64,000 bases of DNA. It comes from Minisyncoccota bacterium. GTDB taxonomy: Bacteria > Patescibacteriota > Minisyncoccia > UBA6257. Under the pieces are notes generated by a model, which saw only the letters and a program-made list of their open reading frames with translations, was not told the origin of the DNA and searched no databases. Where the stretch lies: NCBI GenBank assembly GCA_028695015.1, contig JAQVJR010000001.1, forward strand, positions 33,645 to 97,644, given 5' to 3'. How positions within the stretch are numbered: the first letter of the stretch is position 1; every line of letters begins with the position of its first letter. This document shows positions 39,118-50,554 of the stretch, piece by piece. Position numbers and translations under genes: made by a program.

Positions 39118-39694
39118 TAATTTTTAATAATGAATTTCTCCTACCAGGAATAGCTCCTTTTAAATAAAGAAGATTCTTTTCTGGAATAACTTTTATCACC
39201 TTAACTCCTTTTAAAGTTATCTGTTCAAAACCCATTCTGCCTGGCATTTTCTTACCTTTCATCACTCGTTGAATTCCAGTTTGCCCAATTGAACCTGGTG
39301 CTCTTAATTGATCTTTTGTTCCATGACTAGCTGGAGCCCCTTTAAAACCATGTCTTTTCACCACTCCTTGAAAACCTTTTCCTTTACTTTTCCCTGTTAC
39401 TCTAACCTTATCGCCTTCTTCAAAAACATCAACTTTAATTTCATCACCTATCTTTAGATTATTCATTTCCGTTTCATTTAGTTTATTCTTTTCTAAATTA
39501 AATTCTTCAAACCATTGAAATTTGTTATTTTTCTTACCAAAACCTACTTGAATAGCTTGATATCCATCTTTTTCTTTGGTTTTTAATTGAGTAATTACAA
39601 CTGGACCCGCTTGAATAATTGTTACCGGAACAACATTGCCCTGCTCATTAAAAACCTGGGACATTTCTAATTTTTTAGCTAAAGTAATCTTCAT
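39110..39694 (-). CDS. rplC: ribosomal protein L3
   Basis: 194 aa. Confidence 0.9.
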   Translation of the reverse strand: MKITLAKKLEMSQVFNEQGNVVPVTIIQAGPVVITQLKTKEKDGYQAIQVGFGKKNNKFQWFEEFNLEKNKLNETEMNNLKIGDEIKVDVFEEGDKVRVTGKSKGKGFQGVVKRHGFKGAPASHGTKDQLRAPGSIGQTGIQRVMKGKKMPGRMGFEQITLKGVKVIKVIPEKNLLYLKGAIPGRRNSLLKISG

Positions 39695-39728
39695 CTTCTT
39701 TTATTAATTTAAATTCTTCATAGAAAAA

Positions 39729-39752
39729 CTGGGCCCTAGCCCAGTTTTCTTT
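39729..39752 (-). terminator. hairpin + U-run between rpsJ and rplC (ACTGGGC-TAG-GGCCCAGTTTTTC on the minus strand)
   Basis: GC-rich 7-bp stem inside the S10 operon. Could be an attenuator or a partial terminator. Confidence 0.4.
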
Positions 39753-39781
39753 GACTTCATTCCAGACTAGATATTCCGGGC

Positions 39782-40108
39782 TTACATCTTAATCTCTATA
39801 TCTATTCCCGCTGGCAAATCTAAATTAGTAAGTGCTTCTATTGTTCTTTGATTTGCATTAGGAATTTCTATCAATCTTTTATGAATCCTTATCTCAAACT
39901 GTTCTCGTGCATCTTTTTTAACAAAAGTCGCTTTATTGACCGTATAGCGATGAATTTCTGTGGGCAAAGGAATAGGTCCGACAACCTCATTACCATATCT
40001 CATTACTGTTTCAATTATCTGCTTGCAAGAATTATCCAGTATTCGATAATCATAACCTTTAATTTTTATCCTAATCCTTTGTTGAATTTCTGTTTTCGTA
40101 GTGGCCAC
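39782..40108 (-). CDS. rpsJ: ribosomal protein S10
   Basis: 108 aa, 9 nt downstream of tuf. Confidence 0.9.
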   Translation of the reverse strand: MATTKTEIQQRIRIKIKGYDYRILDNSCKQIIETVMRYGNEVVGPIPLPTEIHRYTVNKATFVKKDAREQFEIRIHKRLIEIPNANQRTIEALTNLDLPAGIDIEIKM

Positions 40109-40117
40109 AATAAATAA

Positions 40118-41320
40118 TTACTTTTGAATGAATTTTGTTACTATACCTGCGCCAACTGTTTTTCCTCCTTCTCGAATAGCAAATCGAGAACCTTCATCTA
40201 AGGCTACGGGAACAATTAATTTCACATTGAATTTTACATTATCACCTGGCATAACCATCTCTACTCCTTCAGGTAAAGTAACTTCTCCTGTCACATCTGC
40301 TGTTCTAATAAAGAATTGAGGCTTATAACCAGTAAAGAATGGTGTATGTCTACCTCCTTCTTCTTTAGCTAAGATATAAACTTCAGCTTCAAACTCTGTA
40401 TGAGGAGTAATTGAACCTGGCTTAGCCAATACCTGGCCTCTTCTAATTTCTTCTTTCTTTAATCCTCTTAATAAAATACCAACATTATCCCCAGCCTGGC
40501 TTTCTTCTAAAGACTTATTAAACATCTCTAAACCAGTAACTGTTGTTTTAGTTGTTGGTAAATAACCAATAATTTCTAATTCTTCATTTAGTTTTACTAC
40601 ACCTCTTTCCACTCTTCCAGTGGCTACAGTACCCCTGCCTTCAATAGAGAAAATATCTTCTATTGGCATTAAGAAAGGCTTATCAATATCTCTCTTAGGC
40701 TCTGGGAAATATGTATCAATAGCATCTAAAAGATCAAAAATTGGTTTGTTTGCTGGATCATCAGCAGTGTTAGATTCTAGGGCTTTTAAAGCTGACCCTC
40801 TGATAATTGGGACATCTTTTCCATTAAATTCATGTTTGGTTAATAATTCTCTAATTTCTGTTTCAACCAAATCTATTAATTCTTCATCTTGAACCATATC
40901 CACTTTATTTAAGAAAACAACCATTGCTGGCACCCCAACCTGACGGGCTAAAAGAATGTGCTCAAATGTCTGAGGCATGGGTCCATCAGGAGCAGAAACT
41001 ACTAAAATAGCTCCATCCATCTGCGCAGAACCAGTAATCATATTCTTAATATAGTCAATATGGCCTGGACAATCAATATGCGCATAATGTCTTTTATCTG
41101 TTTCATATTCAGAGTGATGAACATTAATGGTAATCCCTCTGGCTTTTTCTTCTGGTGCCTTGTCTATTTCAGACACATCACCGTCTTTTTTTGCAGTGCC
41201 TTTTAAGTGAAGAGCATGCAAAATAGCAGCGGTTAAAGTGGTTTTTCCATGATCAATATGACCAATGGTTCCCACATTCATGTGAGTTTTACCACGAACA
41301 AATTTTTCTTTTTCTGCCAT
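40118..41320 (-). CDS. tuf: elongation factor Tu
   Basis: 400 aa with [14 protein letters not shown] and NKVD motifs. Confidence 0.95.
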   Translation of the reverse strand: MAEKEKFVRGKTHMNVGTIGHIDHGKTTLTAAILHALHLKGTAKKDGDVSEIDKAPEEKARGITINVHHSEYETDKRHYAHIDCPGHIDYIKNMITGSAQMDGAILVVSAPDGPMPQTFEHILLARQVGVPAMVVFLNKVDMVQDEELIDLVETEIRELLTKHEFNGKDVPIIRGSALKALESNTADDPANKPIFDLLDAIDTYFPEPKRDIDKPFLMPIEDIFSIEGRGTVATGRVERGVVKLNEELEIIGYLPTTKTTVTGLEMFNKSLEESQAGDNVGILLRGLKKEEIRRGQVLAKPGSITPHTEFEAEVYILAKEEGGRHTPFFTGYKPQFFIRTADVTGEVTLPEGVEMVMPGDNVKFNVKLIVPVALDEGSRFAIREGGKTVGAGIVTKFIQK

Positions 41321-41457
41321 AATTTTTATTTATTATTTATTTTATTTATTTTGACCTATTTTATATTTTTTTATTTTGACCCTTAAAGCTCTGATTTATC
41401 CCTAAGCCTTTAAGTATCTATCATATTAAGGCATAACCTTTTTAATGTCAACCCTAA

Positions 41458-43566
41458 TTAGGCAACTTCTTTACCAATTATTTCCTGAGTGATATTATCT
41501 GGCACTTCTTGATAATGATCAAATTCCATGGTGAAAACTCCTCTGCCTTCAGTTAATGAACGTAGCTTTGTAGCAAAGCCAAACATTTCTGCTAAAGGCA
41601 CTTTAGCTAGAATAATTTTCATCATGGTTCGCTCACCAATGCTTTCAATCATTCCTCTTTTAGAACTGATATCACCAGTAACATCACCTAGGTTTTGTTC
41701 TGGAATAACAACTTCTAATTTCATTATTGGCTCTAAGAGAACTGGACTAGCTCTTTTGGCTCCATCTTGAAAAGCCATTGAGCCAGCTATCTTAAAAGCA
41801 AAATCTGAAGAATCCACTTCATGAAAAGATCCATCATAAAGAGTCACTCTAATATCAGAAATTGGATAGCCAGCTAAAATTCCTTTATCCAAAGCTTCCT
41901 TAATTCCTTTTTCTACAGCTGGAATATATTCTTTAGGGATAACACCACCTTTAATAGTATCAACAAATTCAAATCCTTTGCCTCTTTCCAAAGGTTCTAA
42001 TTTTAGTAAAACATGACCATATTGCCCCCTACCTCCTGACTGCCTAATATATTTTCCTTCAGTTTCTACTGTTTTTCTAATAGTTTCTTTATAAGCAACC
42101 TGAGGTCTTCCTGTTTTCACATTTAAATTAAATTCCCTTTTCATTCGATCCACTAATATTTCCAAATGAAATTCACCCATGCCTGAAATAATAGTTTCTG
42201 AAGTTTCTTGGTCGCTTTTTGCTGTAAAAGTAGGATCTTCTTCAGAAAGCTTTTTTAAAACTAAAGACATTTTTTCTTGGTCAGCTTTTGTTTGCGGCTC
42301 TACTTTAATTGAAATCACTGGCTCTGGAAACTCTATCTTTTCCAGAATTACTGGATGATTAGGATCACATAAAGTATCACCAGTATTTGTATTTTTCAAG
42401 CCAACTGTTGCTGCAATATCCCCAGCTCTAATTTCTTCTAATTCTTCTCTTTTATTAGAATGCATTTGTAATAACCTGCCAATTCTTTCCTGGCTGGATT
42501 TACTTGCATTTAAAAGATAATTTCCTTTTTTAAAAACACCTGAATAAACTCTAAAATAGTTTAAAGTCCCCACATAAGGATCATTAGCCACCTTAAATAC
42601 CAAAGCAGCAAAAGGTGCCTTATCATCTGGAGGGCAAACTATTGCTTCTCCTGTTTTTGGGTGAATACCCTGAACTGGAGGCAAATCTAATGGTGAAGGC
42701 ATATATTCTACAATCCCATCTAATAATGGCTGAATGCCTTTGTTTTTAAATGAACTACCACAAAATACTGGAATTATTATTCCAGCTATTGTTGCCTTAC
42801 GTAATATTTCTCGAACTTTATCTTCAGAAGGTTCAATTTCTTTTTCTAAATAATCTGTTAAAACCTCTACATCTTGTTCTGCTATTTTCTCAATGAAAAC
42901 TTTTCTGTATTCCTTAGCCTTATCCATTAAGTCAGCAGGAATTTCTTTTACACTTATTATTTCTCCCTGCTCTCCTTCAAAGTAAATTGCTTTCATTGTC
43001 ACCAAGTCTATCACCCCTTCAAATTTGCTTTCAGCCCCTATAGGGATATTAACTGCTAGAGCATTAGGAGTTAATCTTTCTAAAATAGATTTAAATGCTT
43101 TTTCATAATCAACACCTAAACGATCCATTTTATTAATAAAACACATTCGAGGAACTTTGTATTTATCAGCCTGACGCCAAACTGTTTCTGATTGAGATTC
43201 AACACCAGCGACTCCATCAAAAATTACCACCGCTCCATCTAAAACTCTTAATGATCTCTGGACCTCTGCGGTAAAATCAATATGTCCAGGCGTATCAATA
43301 ATGTTAATTCGATATTCATTTTGAGGATCTTTTTCCCTATGTGTTGGTGCCCAAAAACAAGTAGTGGCTGCAGAAGTAATTGTTACTCCCCTTTCTCTTT
43401 CTTGAGCCATCCAATCCATAATTGTTGTTCCCTCATCAATAATACCTATCTTGTGAGTAATACCAGTGTAAAATAAAACTCGCTCAGTCGTGGTTGTTTT
43501 TCCAGCGTCTATATGAGCAATAAAACCAATGTCCCTTATTTTTTCAATAGGATATATTTTTTCCAT
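41458..43566 (-). CDS. fusA: elongation factor G
   Basis: 702 aa with AHIDAGKTT and DTPGHIDF motifs. Confidence 0.95.
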   Translation of the reverse strand: MEKIYPIEKIRDIGFIAHIDAGKTTTTERVLFYTGITHKIGIIDEGTTIMDWMAQERERGVTITSAATTCFWAPTHREKDPQNEYRINIIDTPGHIDFTAEVQRSLRVLDGAVVIFDGVAGVESQSETVWRQADKYKVPRMCFINKMDRLGVDYEKAFKSILERLTPNALAVNIPIGAESKFEGVIDLVTMKAIYFEGEQGEIISVKEIPADLMDKAKEYRKVFIEKIAEQDVEVLTDYLEKEIEPSEDKVREILRKATIAGIIIPVFCGSSFKNKGIQPLLDGIVEYMPSPLDLPPVQGIHPKTGEAIVCPPDDKAPFAALVFKVANDPYVGTLNYFRVYSGVFKKGNYLLNASKSSQERIGRLLQMHSNKREELEEIRAGDIAATVGLKNTNTGDTLCDPNHPVILEKIEFPEPVISIKVEPQTKADQEKMSLVLKKLSEEDPTFTAKSDQETSETIISGMGEFHLEILVDRMKREFNLNVKTGRPQVAYKETIRKTVETEGKYIRQSGGRGQYGHVLLKLEPLERGKGFEFVDTIKGGVIPKEYIPAVEKGIKEALDKGILAGYPISDIRVTLYDGSFHEVDSSDFAFKIAGSMAFQDGAKRASPVLLEPIMKLEVVIPEQNLGDVTGDISSKRGMIESIGERTMMKIILAKVPLAEMFGFATKLRSLTEGRGVFTMEFDHYQEVPDNITQEIIGKEVA

Positions 43567-43575
43567 AATATTAAT

Positions 43576-44043
43576 TTAAAAACTAAAATGAGCAAAAGCC
43601 CTATTTGCTTCTGCAATACGATGAGTGTCTAATTTCTTTTTCATTGCTGCCCCTTCGTTTTTAGAAGCTAGGATTAATTCTTCAGCTAACCTTTCTGCCA
43701 TTGACTTGCCTTTTTTAGCCCGAGAAGCATTAATTAACCAACGAGAAGCTAAAGTGGTTTTTCGATATTCAGGTACTACTTGAGGTACTTGATAATTAGC
43801 CCCTCCAATTCTTCTTGTTTTTACTTCTAATTCAGGAGATACATTTTTAACTGCCAAATTAAAAACTGCTATTGGTTCTTGCTTGGCTGTTTTTTCAATA
43901 ATATCCATTGTGTTATAAAAAACTCTCTGAGCTGTAGATTTCTTTCCATCTTTCATTAAATAGTTAATAAAGCGTGTAACTAAAGCGCTTTTGTATTTTA
44001 AATCTGGCTCGTATTGTTTTTCTTTTTGGTGTTCTCCTCTCAT
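43576..44043 (-). CDS. rpsG: ribosomal protein S7
   Basis: 155 aa. Confidence 0.9.
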   Translation of the reverse strand: MRGEHQKEKQYEPDLKYKSALVTRFINYLMKDGKKSTAQRVFYNTMDIIEKTAKQEPIAVFNLAVKNVSPELEVKTRRIGGANYQVPQVVPEYRKTTLASRWLINASRAKKGKSMAERLAEELILASKNEGAAMKKKLDTHRIAEANRAFAHFSF

Positions 44044-44456
44044 GATTTTTTCTCTTTTTTAGTTCCGTATTTACTTCTTTTTTGTTTTCTTCCTTCAACT
44101 CCCATTGTATCATATTTACCTCGCACTATATGATATCTTACTCCAGGTAAATCTTTAACCCTACCTCCACGCACTAAAACAATTGAGTGTTCTTGTAAAT
44201 TATGACCTTCTCCTGGGATATAAGCCGTCACTTCCATTCCATTACTTAACTTAACCCGAGCTACTTTCCTTAAAGCTGAGTTTGGTTTCTTAGGCGTAGT
44301 TGTAAAAACTTTCAAACAAACTCCTTTTTTAAGAGGTGAAAAATGATGAGTTGGCTTATTCTTAATAGCATTAAAAGAAAAAGACAGAGCAACTGATTTG
44401 CTCTTTTTAGCTATTGGCTTTCTCCCTTTTCTAATTAGTTGACCTAGGGTTGGCAT
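44040..44456 (-). CDS. rpsL: ribosomal protein S12
   Basis: [13 protein letters not shown] start. Confidence 0.95.
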   Translation of the reverse strand: MPTLGQLIRKGRKPIAKKSKSVALSFSFNAIKNKPTHHFSPLKKGVCLKVFTTTPKKPNSALRKVARVKLSNGMEVTAYIPGEGHNLQEHSIVLVRGGRVKDLPGVRYHIVRGKYDTMGVEGRKQKRSKYGTKKEKKS

Positions 44457-44545
44457 AATTAAAATAAAATAAATTTGCTTTTAAAGCAATCGGCATTAAG
44501 TTTATCAAAGAATAAGGTTTCCGTCAACTCTATTTATAGGTTTCT

Positions 44546-45166
44546 TTAACCCAAAGCAATACCTGTAAATAAAGAAAAAAACATAGAAACCAATGACAAA
44601 ATTATATCACTAGCGAAAAGAATAAAAAAGAAAAAAACAATCAATCCATACTGAGAAAGAAACATTTCTAATTTAGAAGAAGGGAAAAAATAAAACAATA
44701 TTTTTGAACCATCTAAGGGCGGAATCGGCATTAAATTAAACACCCCTAAAATTAAATTAACTTGAACAATAATCACTAAAAAAGGCAATAAAGAAACAAA
44801 AGACGAAGTTATCATTATTGCTCTAATAATTAATCCAAAAATCAAGGCCACACTAAAATTAGCTAAAGGTCCAGCAAAAGCTAATAAAGCAGTATCTCGA
44901 CGAGGATTTTTAAGTTTTAATGGATTATAAGGCACTGGCTTAGCCCAACCAAAAACAAACCCTGATTTCATTAAAATCAACAACAAAGGCAAAGCCACTG
45001 AACCAATTGGGTCTAAATGCCTTAAAGGATTTAAACTCAAACGCCCTAGTCTTTCTGCTGTATCATCTCCACAACGCAAAGCTGCCAAACCATGAGAAAC
45101 TTCATGGATAACCACAGAAAACAGCAAAACTAAGATTTGAAAAACTAATAATAACTCAGCACTCAT
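44546..45166 (-). CDS. M50-family (site-2-protease-like) membrane metalloprotease
   Basis: 206 aa with HEVSH (HExxH) in a TM helix and a downstream LDG motif. Confidence 0.65.
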   Translation of the reverse strand: MSAELLLVFQILVLLFSVVIHEVSHGLAALRCGDDTAERLGRLSLNPLRHLDPIGSVALPLLLILMKSGFVFGWAKPVPYNPLKLKNPRRDTALLAFAGPLANFSVALIFGLIIRAIMITSSFVSLLPFLVIIVQVNLILGVFNLMPIPPLDGSKILFYFFPSSKLEMFLSQYGLIVFFFFILFASDIILSLVSMFFSLFTGIALG

Positions 45167-45274
45167 AAATAATTTTATTCTTGTTTTAACTTTAAATATT
45201 ATTATAGCATTTTAAAAAAATATTAAAAACAGCGCAATCTATCTACGCTGTTTTTAACAAAACTCATCTTAAAT

Positions 45275-45643
45275 CTAAAGCAAAATCTGATAAAGATAAT
45301 AAACCAATAAAAGTACTAAAACCCCATAAACTCTATAAAAAAGATCTGACATTCTTAATAAAGAGTTTTGCATTTTCTCAGCTGTGCTTTTAGGCATAAT
45401 AATAAGAGCCAATCCTTTAATAACCGCAAACGCTGCCAAAACTTGCATTACCCAAGGAACACTAACTAAACTTACAGATTGCCAAAACAAATAACCTATT
45501 ATCAATCCTAGTATTCCCCAAAGCCAATAAGGACATGCTGAGGTAAATTTCAACATAAACTCCTTAAATGTTTTTGGTACTAAAAGAGATAAAACCCCAC
45601 AAATGCCCCAAACAACAATGAAAAAATAAATTACCCAAATCAT
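45275..45643 (-). CDS. hypothetical 4-TM membrane protein
   Basis: 122 aa, hydrophobic. Confidence 0.4.
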   Translation of the reverse strand: MIWVIYFFIVVWGICGVLSLLVPKTFKEFMLKFTSACPYWLWGILGLIIGYLFWQSVSLVSVPWVMQVLAAFAVIKGLALIIMPKSTAEKMQNSLLRMSDLFYRVYGVLVLLLVYYLYQILL

Positions 45644-45704
45644 ATTTTTATTTTTTTAAATTAACCCGACCTGCTATTAATATTATACCATTAATAATGT
45701 CAAA

Positions 45705-47225
45705 TTACTTAATAAAGTATAAATCTAATTTTTTTAAAGCATGCTTAGCTAAGGTTAATCTTTGAGGGCTATTCGTATACAAAGAACACAATGCCTCATT
45801 CTTTTTGACTTTTTCTCCTAAAGTTTTATGTAGATAAATTCCAGCTTCTTTAGTTGTTGGTGCTCCTAATAATCTACAAATCTTGTTAATATTTTTATTA
45901 TGAATTTTTTTAATAACTCCAGACTTAGATGATTTCAATTCCCATGAAACCTTTCCAATATTAATCTTTTCAGAATCAATATTAGAATCTCCTCCTTGAG
46001 CTTGTATTATTTCCTGCATTTTTTTAAAAGCTCTACCTGATTGTAAAGATTCTAAAGCCATTTTTTGACCTTGTCCTTTTTTAGCTTTTCCTACTAGTTC
46101 TAATAAATTACCCGCAAACAAAACTGATTTTTTTTCTAAATCCATTGGCCGCTCTGATTTTTGCTGCAAGACCCTCATTACATCTCTTGCTTCTAAGCTA
46201 GGTCCAATACCATAACCAATCGGCCCTAAAGTTTCAGTAATAATAATTTTAGTCTTAATTTTAAAACGTTTTGATAAATAAAGAAATAGGTTCTTAACAA
46301 AAAGAATATCTTTTTCATCATGGAGTTTTGCTGTTGGTCCTATTGGCATATCAATCACTAAATGAGTCACTCCAGTTGCTACTTGCTTAGACATAATACT
46401 CACTACCATTTTTGAATAAGGCTCTCTGCCCAGACAACGAGTAATTTCAATAAACCGATCATCTGCTGGTGCTAATCTTAAGGCACCACCCCAAATCAAA
46501 CAAGCATTTGTTTTTTGTACAATTTTTTTTATCTCTTTTGAAGCAAATCCAACTGGAGCTAAAACTTCCATTGTATCAGCTGTACCTGAAGCTGAAGTTA
46601 CTGCCCGAGAAGAAGTTTTTGGAATCACCACTTCATTACTAGCTACAATTGCCACAATTATTGGTGTAATCCTATTTCCAGGGATTCCACCAATTGAATG
46701 CTTATCAGCAACTACTTTTCCAAATTTAAGCATCTCTCCAGTTTCACTAATTGCCTTAGTAAGATAATAAATTTCTTCTTTCGAAAAATTCTTTTTATCA
46801 AAAGCTGAAGCAATAAAAAAAGCTAATTCTAAATCATTAATCCTATACTTAACAATATCTGTAACCAAATCATAAATTTCTTGATTAGATATCTTTTGAC
46901 CTTCTAATTTTTTATGAATAGTTTTCAAAGAAATTGGTTGTCCTGCTAGCTTTAACTCTAGCTTCTCTCCTTTTTTAATCTTATACCTATTAGTAATATC
47001 ACTAAATAAACCTACTTCTCCTGGCTTGACTAAGCTTTTAGTAGTATCTACTGCAATTTCAGTTTTTTTCTCTTGCCATTTTAAAACTAATTTATCCCCA
47101 GCTCTAATACCAAAACTTTCTCCATCTTTTTCATGGATAATAGCAATCCAAGGATAACCAGTTTTAATATCTAAATACTTTACTTTTAAGAAAAATGTAT
47201 GATTTGTTTTTGAGTTTTTTTTCAT
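45705..47225 (-). CDS. AMP/thymidine phosphorylase family enzyme with N-terminal extension (archaeal-type AMP phosphorylase-like)
   Basis: 506 aa with a DKHSIGG motif (glycosyltransferase family 3) and an extra roughly 80-aa N-terminal domain as in archaeal AMP phosphorylases. Confidence 0.65.
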   Translation of the reverse strand: MKKNSKTNHTFFLKVKYLDIKTGYPWIAIIHEKDGESFGIRAGDKLVLKWQEKKTEIAVDTTKSLVKPGEVGLFSDITNRYKIKKGEKLELKLAGQPISLKTIHKKLEGQKISNQEIYDLVTDIVKYRINDLELAFFIASAFDKKNFSKEEIYYLTKAISETGEMLKFGKVVADKHSIGGIPGNRITPIIVAIVASNEVVIPKTSSRAVTSASGTADTMEVLAPVGFASKEIKKIVQKTNACLIWGGALRLAPADDRFIEITRCLGREPYSKMVVSIMSKQVATGVTHLVIDMPIGPTAKLHDEKDILFVKNLFLYLSKRFKIKTKIIITETLGPIGYGIGPSLEARDVMRVLQQKSERPMDLEKKSVLFAGNLLELVGKAKKGQGQKMALESLQSGRAFKKMQEIIQAQGGDSNIDSEKINIGKVSWELKSSKSGVIKKIHNKNINKICRLLGAPTTKEAGIYLHKTLGEKVKKNEALCSLYTNSPQRLTLAKHALKKLDLYFIK

Positions 47226-47246
47226 TCTGATTGTTGTTTAATTGAT

Positions 47247-48140
47247 TTAAATAATTTTCTTTTCTAAAAGATTTCTCGCTATTGGTTTAACTATATCAAC
47301 TGCATAATGAGAATTTTCTAAAGTATTAGTAAAAACAATTTTTTTAGGATTAACAACTGCTAACTGATCCACAATCACATCACCAAAAATAGAATGAACA
47401 ATGGCAAAGCTGATTGTCTTTGGCTCAAATTCTTTTATTGCTCGAGCTGTTTCTAAAATAGTATTACCTGTAGAAATAATATCATCAACAATAATAACAT
47501 CTTTTCCTTTTAATCTCTCTGCCATATTTTCTGGATAAATAAAACTTACCTTTCCTGTTTTAAAATCCCTGTTTTTCCTAATTACTATTTTAGTAGCTAG
47601 AAAATCTGCACAAAAATCATCAACAAATAATTTAGCTTCTTCATCAGGGCCTATAACTACAGAATCTATTGGCGAATAATCTTTAAATTTTTCAGCTAAG
47701 TCTTTAAAAACAAAAAAATTATGAGCTGGGATTTTAAACAAATCACCTATTTTCTTTCTATGTTCATGCATATTACAAGTAATAAATATATCAGCATTTT
47801 TCTCTATTAGTTCAGCCACATATAAAGAAGAAAGAGGCTCACCTTCTTGAAACACATCATCCTGCCTGGCATAAGGAAAATAAGGCATAATAGCAATTGT
47901 TTGTTCTGATAAATCCTTAATCTTTCTTAATAACAACAAATACTTAATTAAATAAGCATTAATATCTTCTTTTTGTTTTTTCTGGATAATTAAAATTGCT
48001 TGAGCAAACTTACCTTCTTTTTCTAAACGAGGCTGAAGTTCTCCATCAGCAAACACCCTATCAACCACAGATATGAATGGTAAATTAAGTTCTTGGCTTA
48101 AAGCCTTTCCTAAATCATCTCCAATAATTACTTTGTCCAT
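47247..48140 (-). CDS. prs: ribose-phosphate pyrophosphokinase
   Basis: VIIVDDIISTGNT PRPP-binding motif. Confidence 0.8.
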   Translation of the reverse strand: MDKVIIGDDLGKALSQELNLPFISVVDRVFADGELQPRLEKEGKFAQAILIIQKKQKEDINAYLIKYLLLLRKIKDLSEQTIAIMPYFPYARQDDVFQEGEPLSSLYVAELIEKNADIFITCNMHEHRKKIGDLFKIPAHNFFVFKDLAEKFKDYSPIDSVVIGPDEEAKLFVDDFCADFLATKIVIRKNRDFKTGKVSFIYPENMAERLKGKDVIIVDDIISTGNTILETARAIKEFEPKTISFAIVHSIFGDVIVDQLAVVNPKKIVFTNTLENSHYAVDIVKPIARNLLEKKII

Positions 48141-48144
48141 AATA

Positions 48145-48840
48145 TTATTTTTTAATATAAATTACTATTGTAAATTCTCCTTTTATTTTATCATTTTTTA
48201 TCTTTTCTATCACCCCTTTTATTGTTCCTCGATAAATTGTTTCAAATTTCTTAGTCAATTCACGACAAACCACAATTTCATAATCTAAACCTTCTGCTTT
48301 GTTATAAATATCTTCTAAGGTTTTAATAATCCGATGAGAAGATTCATAAAAAACCACTGGGTGTTTAAAATTCTGTAATTGATAAAATAATTCTTTAAAA
48401 AACTGATTTCTTTTATTCTTACTTGGTGGAAACCCCAAAAAAACAAATTTATCCATTGGAAAACCAGAAATACTAGCCGCCGTTATCAAAGCTGAACAAC
48501 CAGGTATTGGTATAATCTCAAAGTCTTCAAGCTCATTAATTAAAAAACTTATCAATTTATTACCAGGATCTGATATGCCAGGAGTGCCAGCATCAGAAAC
48601 CAAAGCTAAATCCTTACCTTGCTCAAGCAAGGATTTTATCTGATTCATTTTTTTAATAGTCGAGTGCTGATGATAACTCAGAACTGAAGTTTTAATTTCA
48701 AAATGAGATAATAACTTCCTTGTTTTTCTTGTATCTTCACATAAAATCAAATCAACCTCTTGTAAAACTCGTTTTGCTCTTAAAGAAATATCTTCTAAAT
48801 TACCAATTGGTGTAGCTACAATAAATAATTTTCCTATCAT
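48145..48840 (-). CDS. rsmI: 16S rRNA (cytidine1402-2'-O)-methyltransferase
   Basis: Tetrapyrrole-methylase fold with VATPIGNLEDIS…CEDTR. Confidence 0.8.
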   Translation of the reverse strand: MIGKLFIVATPIGNLEDISLRAKRVLQEVDLILCEDTRKTRKLLSHFEIKTSVLSYHQHSTIKKMNQIKSLLEQGKDLALVSDAGTPGISDPGNKLISFLINELEDFEIIPIPGCSALITAASISGFPMDKFVFLGFPPSKNKRNQFFKELFYQLQNFKHPVVFYESSHRIIKTLEDIYNKAEGLDYEIVVCRELTKKFETIYRGTIKGVIEKIKNDKIKGEFTIVIYIKK

Positions 48841-48904
48841 TACAATATTCTTAAATTAATATTTTATACCCTTAACATCATATCAAAAAGAACATAAATT
48901 AAAA

Positions 48905-48943
48905 AATGCTGTTGTCTTTAATAAAGCCAAAAACAACAGCATT
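48905..48943 (-). promoter_or_regulatory. variant module hairpin (GCTGTTG…CAACAGC) without the canonical promoter
   Basis: Stem has a compensatory C:G to T:A change relative to the other copies. Lies between the Cys-module gene and rsmI. Confidence 0.5.
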
Positions 48944-48971
48944 AATGATATTAATAAGGTTGGATTAATTG

Positions 48972-50534
48972 TTAGGAGATTAATCCCCTTAAGAATCCTT
49001 GGAGTTTATCAGGTAGAACAGGAATGATTTCTTGCCACCAAGGAAGGTTAACTGCTTGGACTTCTATGTAGTCTAATTCAGTACCAAGAGTATCTTCCCA
49101 AGTAACACAAGTATTTTCATTGTCTTTGTCATAACAGGCTTTTAATTGATATGTATAGACACCTGGTGTTGTGATATGGAAAGACTTTTCATGATCAATA
49201 GAGCCAACGGTCACATTACCACTAAGAGTTTCATTATCTCCACAATCTTTATCTCCTAATTTACAAGTGATTTCACCCCATTTACAATCACTATTGGTAG
49301 ACCACTTTGCTTCATAATCAACTCCTGTCCAGACATGATTGGGTAATTCAAATTTGTTAATGGAGCATGTGGGGGATGGGAGTGGTGGAGGTGATTTTTT
49401 GCAACTAGCTTGACAAGAACTTGATGAAGAATACTTTCCTGAAGCATCTGGATAGCATTGCCCAGTACTTGTATTGCAAGAATAACGAGTAGAAGGAGTT
49501 GGTTTTTTACAGTTGGCTTGACAAGAACTTAATGAGGTGTAGGGCCCAGAAGGATCTTTAGAGCATTGCCAAGTGGTAGTATTACAAGAATAACGAGTAG
49601 AAGGAGTTGGTTTTTTACAGTTGGTTTGGCAAGAGCTTAATGTAGAATATGACCCTGAGGAACTTTCAGTGCATTGCCAAGTGGTGGTATTGCAGGCATA
49701 ACGAATAGCAGGAGGTGGTAGCTCAGGGGTGGGTGTTCCATTTTCACAATCACTATCTTTTTGGCATTGATCGTCATTAATTGACCGACATGTTTTTGCA
49801 TTTTTTAAACAATGCCAATCTCCCCATAAACCAAGGTATTGCTTATTACAATAATTACAAAACGTACAATTTGCCAAACATGCTTCTTCGGTATAAAAAG
49901 TTGTTTTTAGTGTTTTTTTGTAAACACAGGTCCCATATTTTTGCCCTGAAGAATGTTCGCAATACCAACCAGATTCTTTTCCAAAAGGATCTTCTGTGGT
50001 TGGAACACTAGATCCTCCGCATTGCTCAGGCCCCGTACATTCATCTATGCAAGATCCGGGTGTCAACTCAGATGTAGCTTTGCATTGAGTCCCCAAACAT
50101 TTAAAACATTGCACACCTGAGCAATCACTCTGCCATTCACAAGAATTTGAACAAGGCGAATTAAAAGTTTTTGATTCACATTTACCAAATGAACAAGTCT
50201 TACAGGTATATTTTTCACAAGCTGAACAATTGGTAGTGCATGGTTCTTTTGAATCTATAGTCATGCATTCTCCTCCCATACATTTATGGCATATATAATA
50301 CCCCGATGGATCAACTGCACCTTGCTTTTTAGTAGTGGTTGTCGTAGATGCTGCAGAACATTTTCTTTGACATTCTTCTAAAGTTTTATAATCTCCATCA
50401 TCATAGGTATCCCTATAACATGTTCCGGTTTGCCAATTGCAAACATATGGCTTCTTCGCACCTAAAGCTACTGAATTAGTAAAAAGAATTAAAAAGAAAC
50501 TTATTAATAATATTGTATTTATTCTTTTATTCAT
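48972..50534 (-). CDS. secreted Cys-module protein (tandem ~36-aa TWQC…SSCQxNCKK modules + conserved 135-aa C-terminal domain), cassette copy 1
   Basis: 520 aa with signal peptide and more than 60 Cys. Three near-identical 108-nt DNA repeats. C-terminal 135 aa are about 90% identical to 51740..52951. Confidence 0.7.
   Translation of the reverse strand: MNKRINTILLISFFLILFTNSVALGAKKPYVCNWQTGTCYRDTYDDGDYKTLEECQRKCSAASTTTTTKKQGAVDPSGYYICHKCMGGECMTIDSKEPCTTNCSACEKYTCKTCSFGKCESKTFNSPCSNSCEWQSDCSGVQCFKCLGTQCKATSELTPGSCIDECTGPEQCGGSSVPTTEDPFGKESGWYCEHSSGQKYGTCVYKKTLKTTFYTEEACLANCTFCNYCNKQYLGLWGDWHCLKNAKTCRSINDDQCQKDSDCENGTPTPELPPPAIRYACNTTTWQCTESSSGSYSTLSSCQTNCKKPTPSTRYSCNTTTWQCSKDPSGPYTSLSSCQANCKKPTPSTRYSCNTSTGQCYPDASGKYSSSSSCQASCKKSPPPLPSPTCSINKFELPNHVWTGVDYEAKWSTNSDCKWGEITCKLGDKDCGDNETLSGNVTVGSIDHEKSFHITTPGVYTYQLKACYDKDNENTCVTWEDTLGTELDYIEVQAVNLPWWQEIIPVLPDKLQGFLRGLIS
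49392..49715. repeat. three tandem ~108-nt direct repeats (36-aa Cys modules)
   Basis: Units at 49392-49499, 49500-49607 and 49608-49715 are about 85-95% identical. Confidence 0.8.
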
Positions 50535-50554
50535 GATTTTAAAAAATATGTAAT

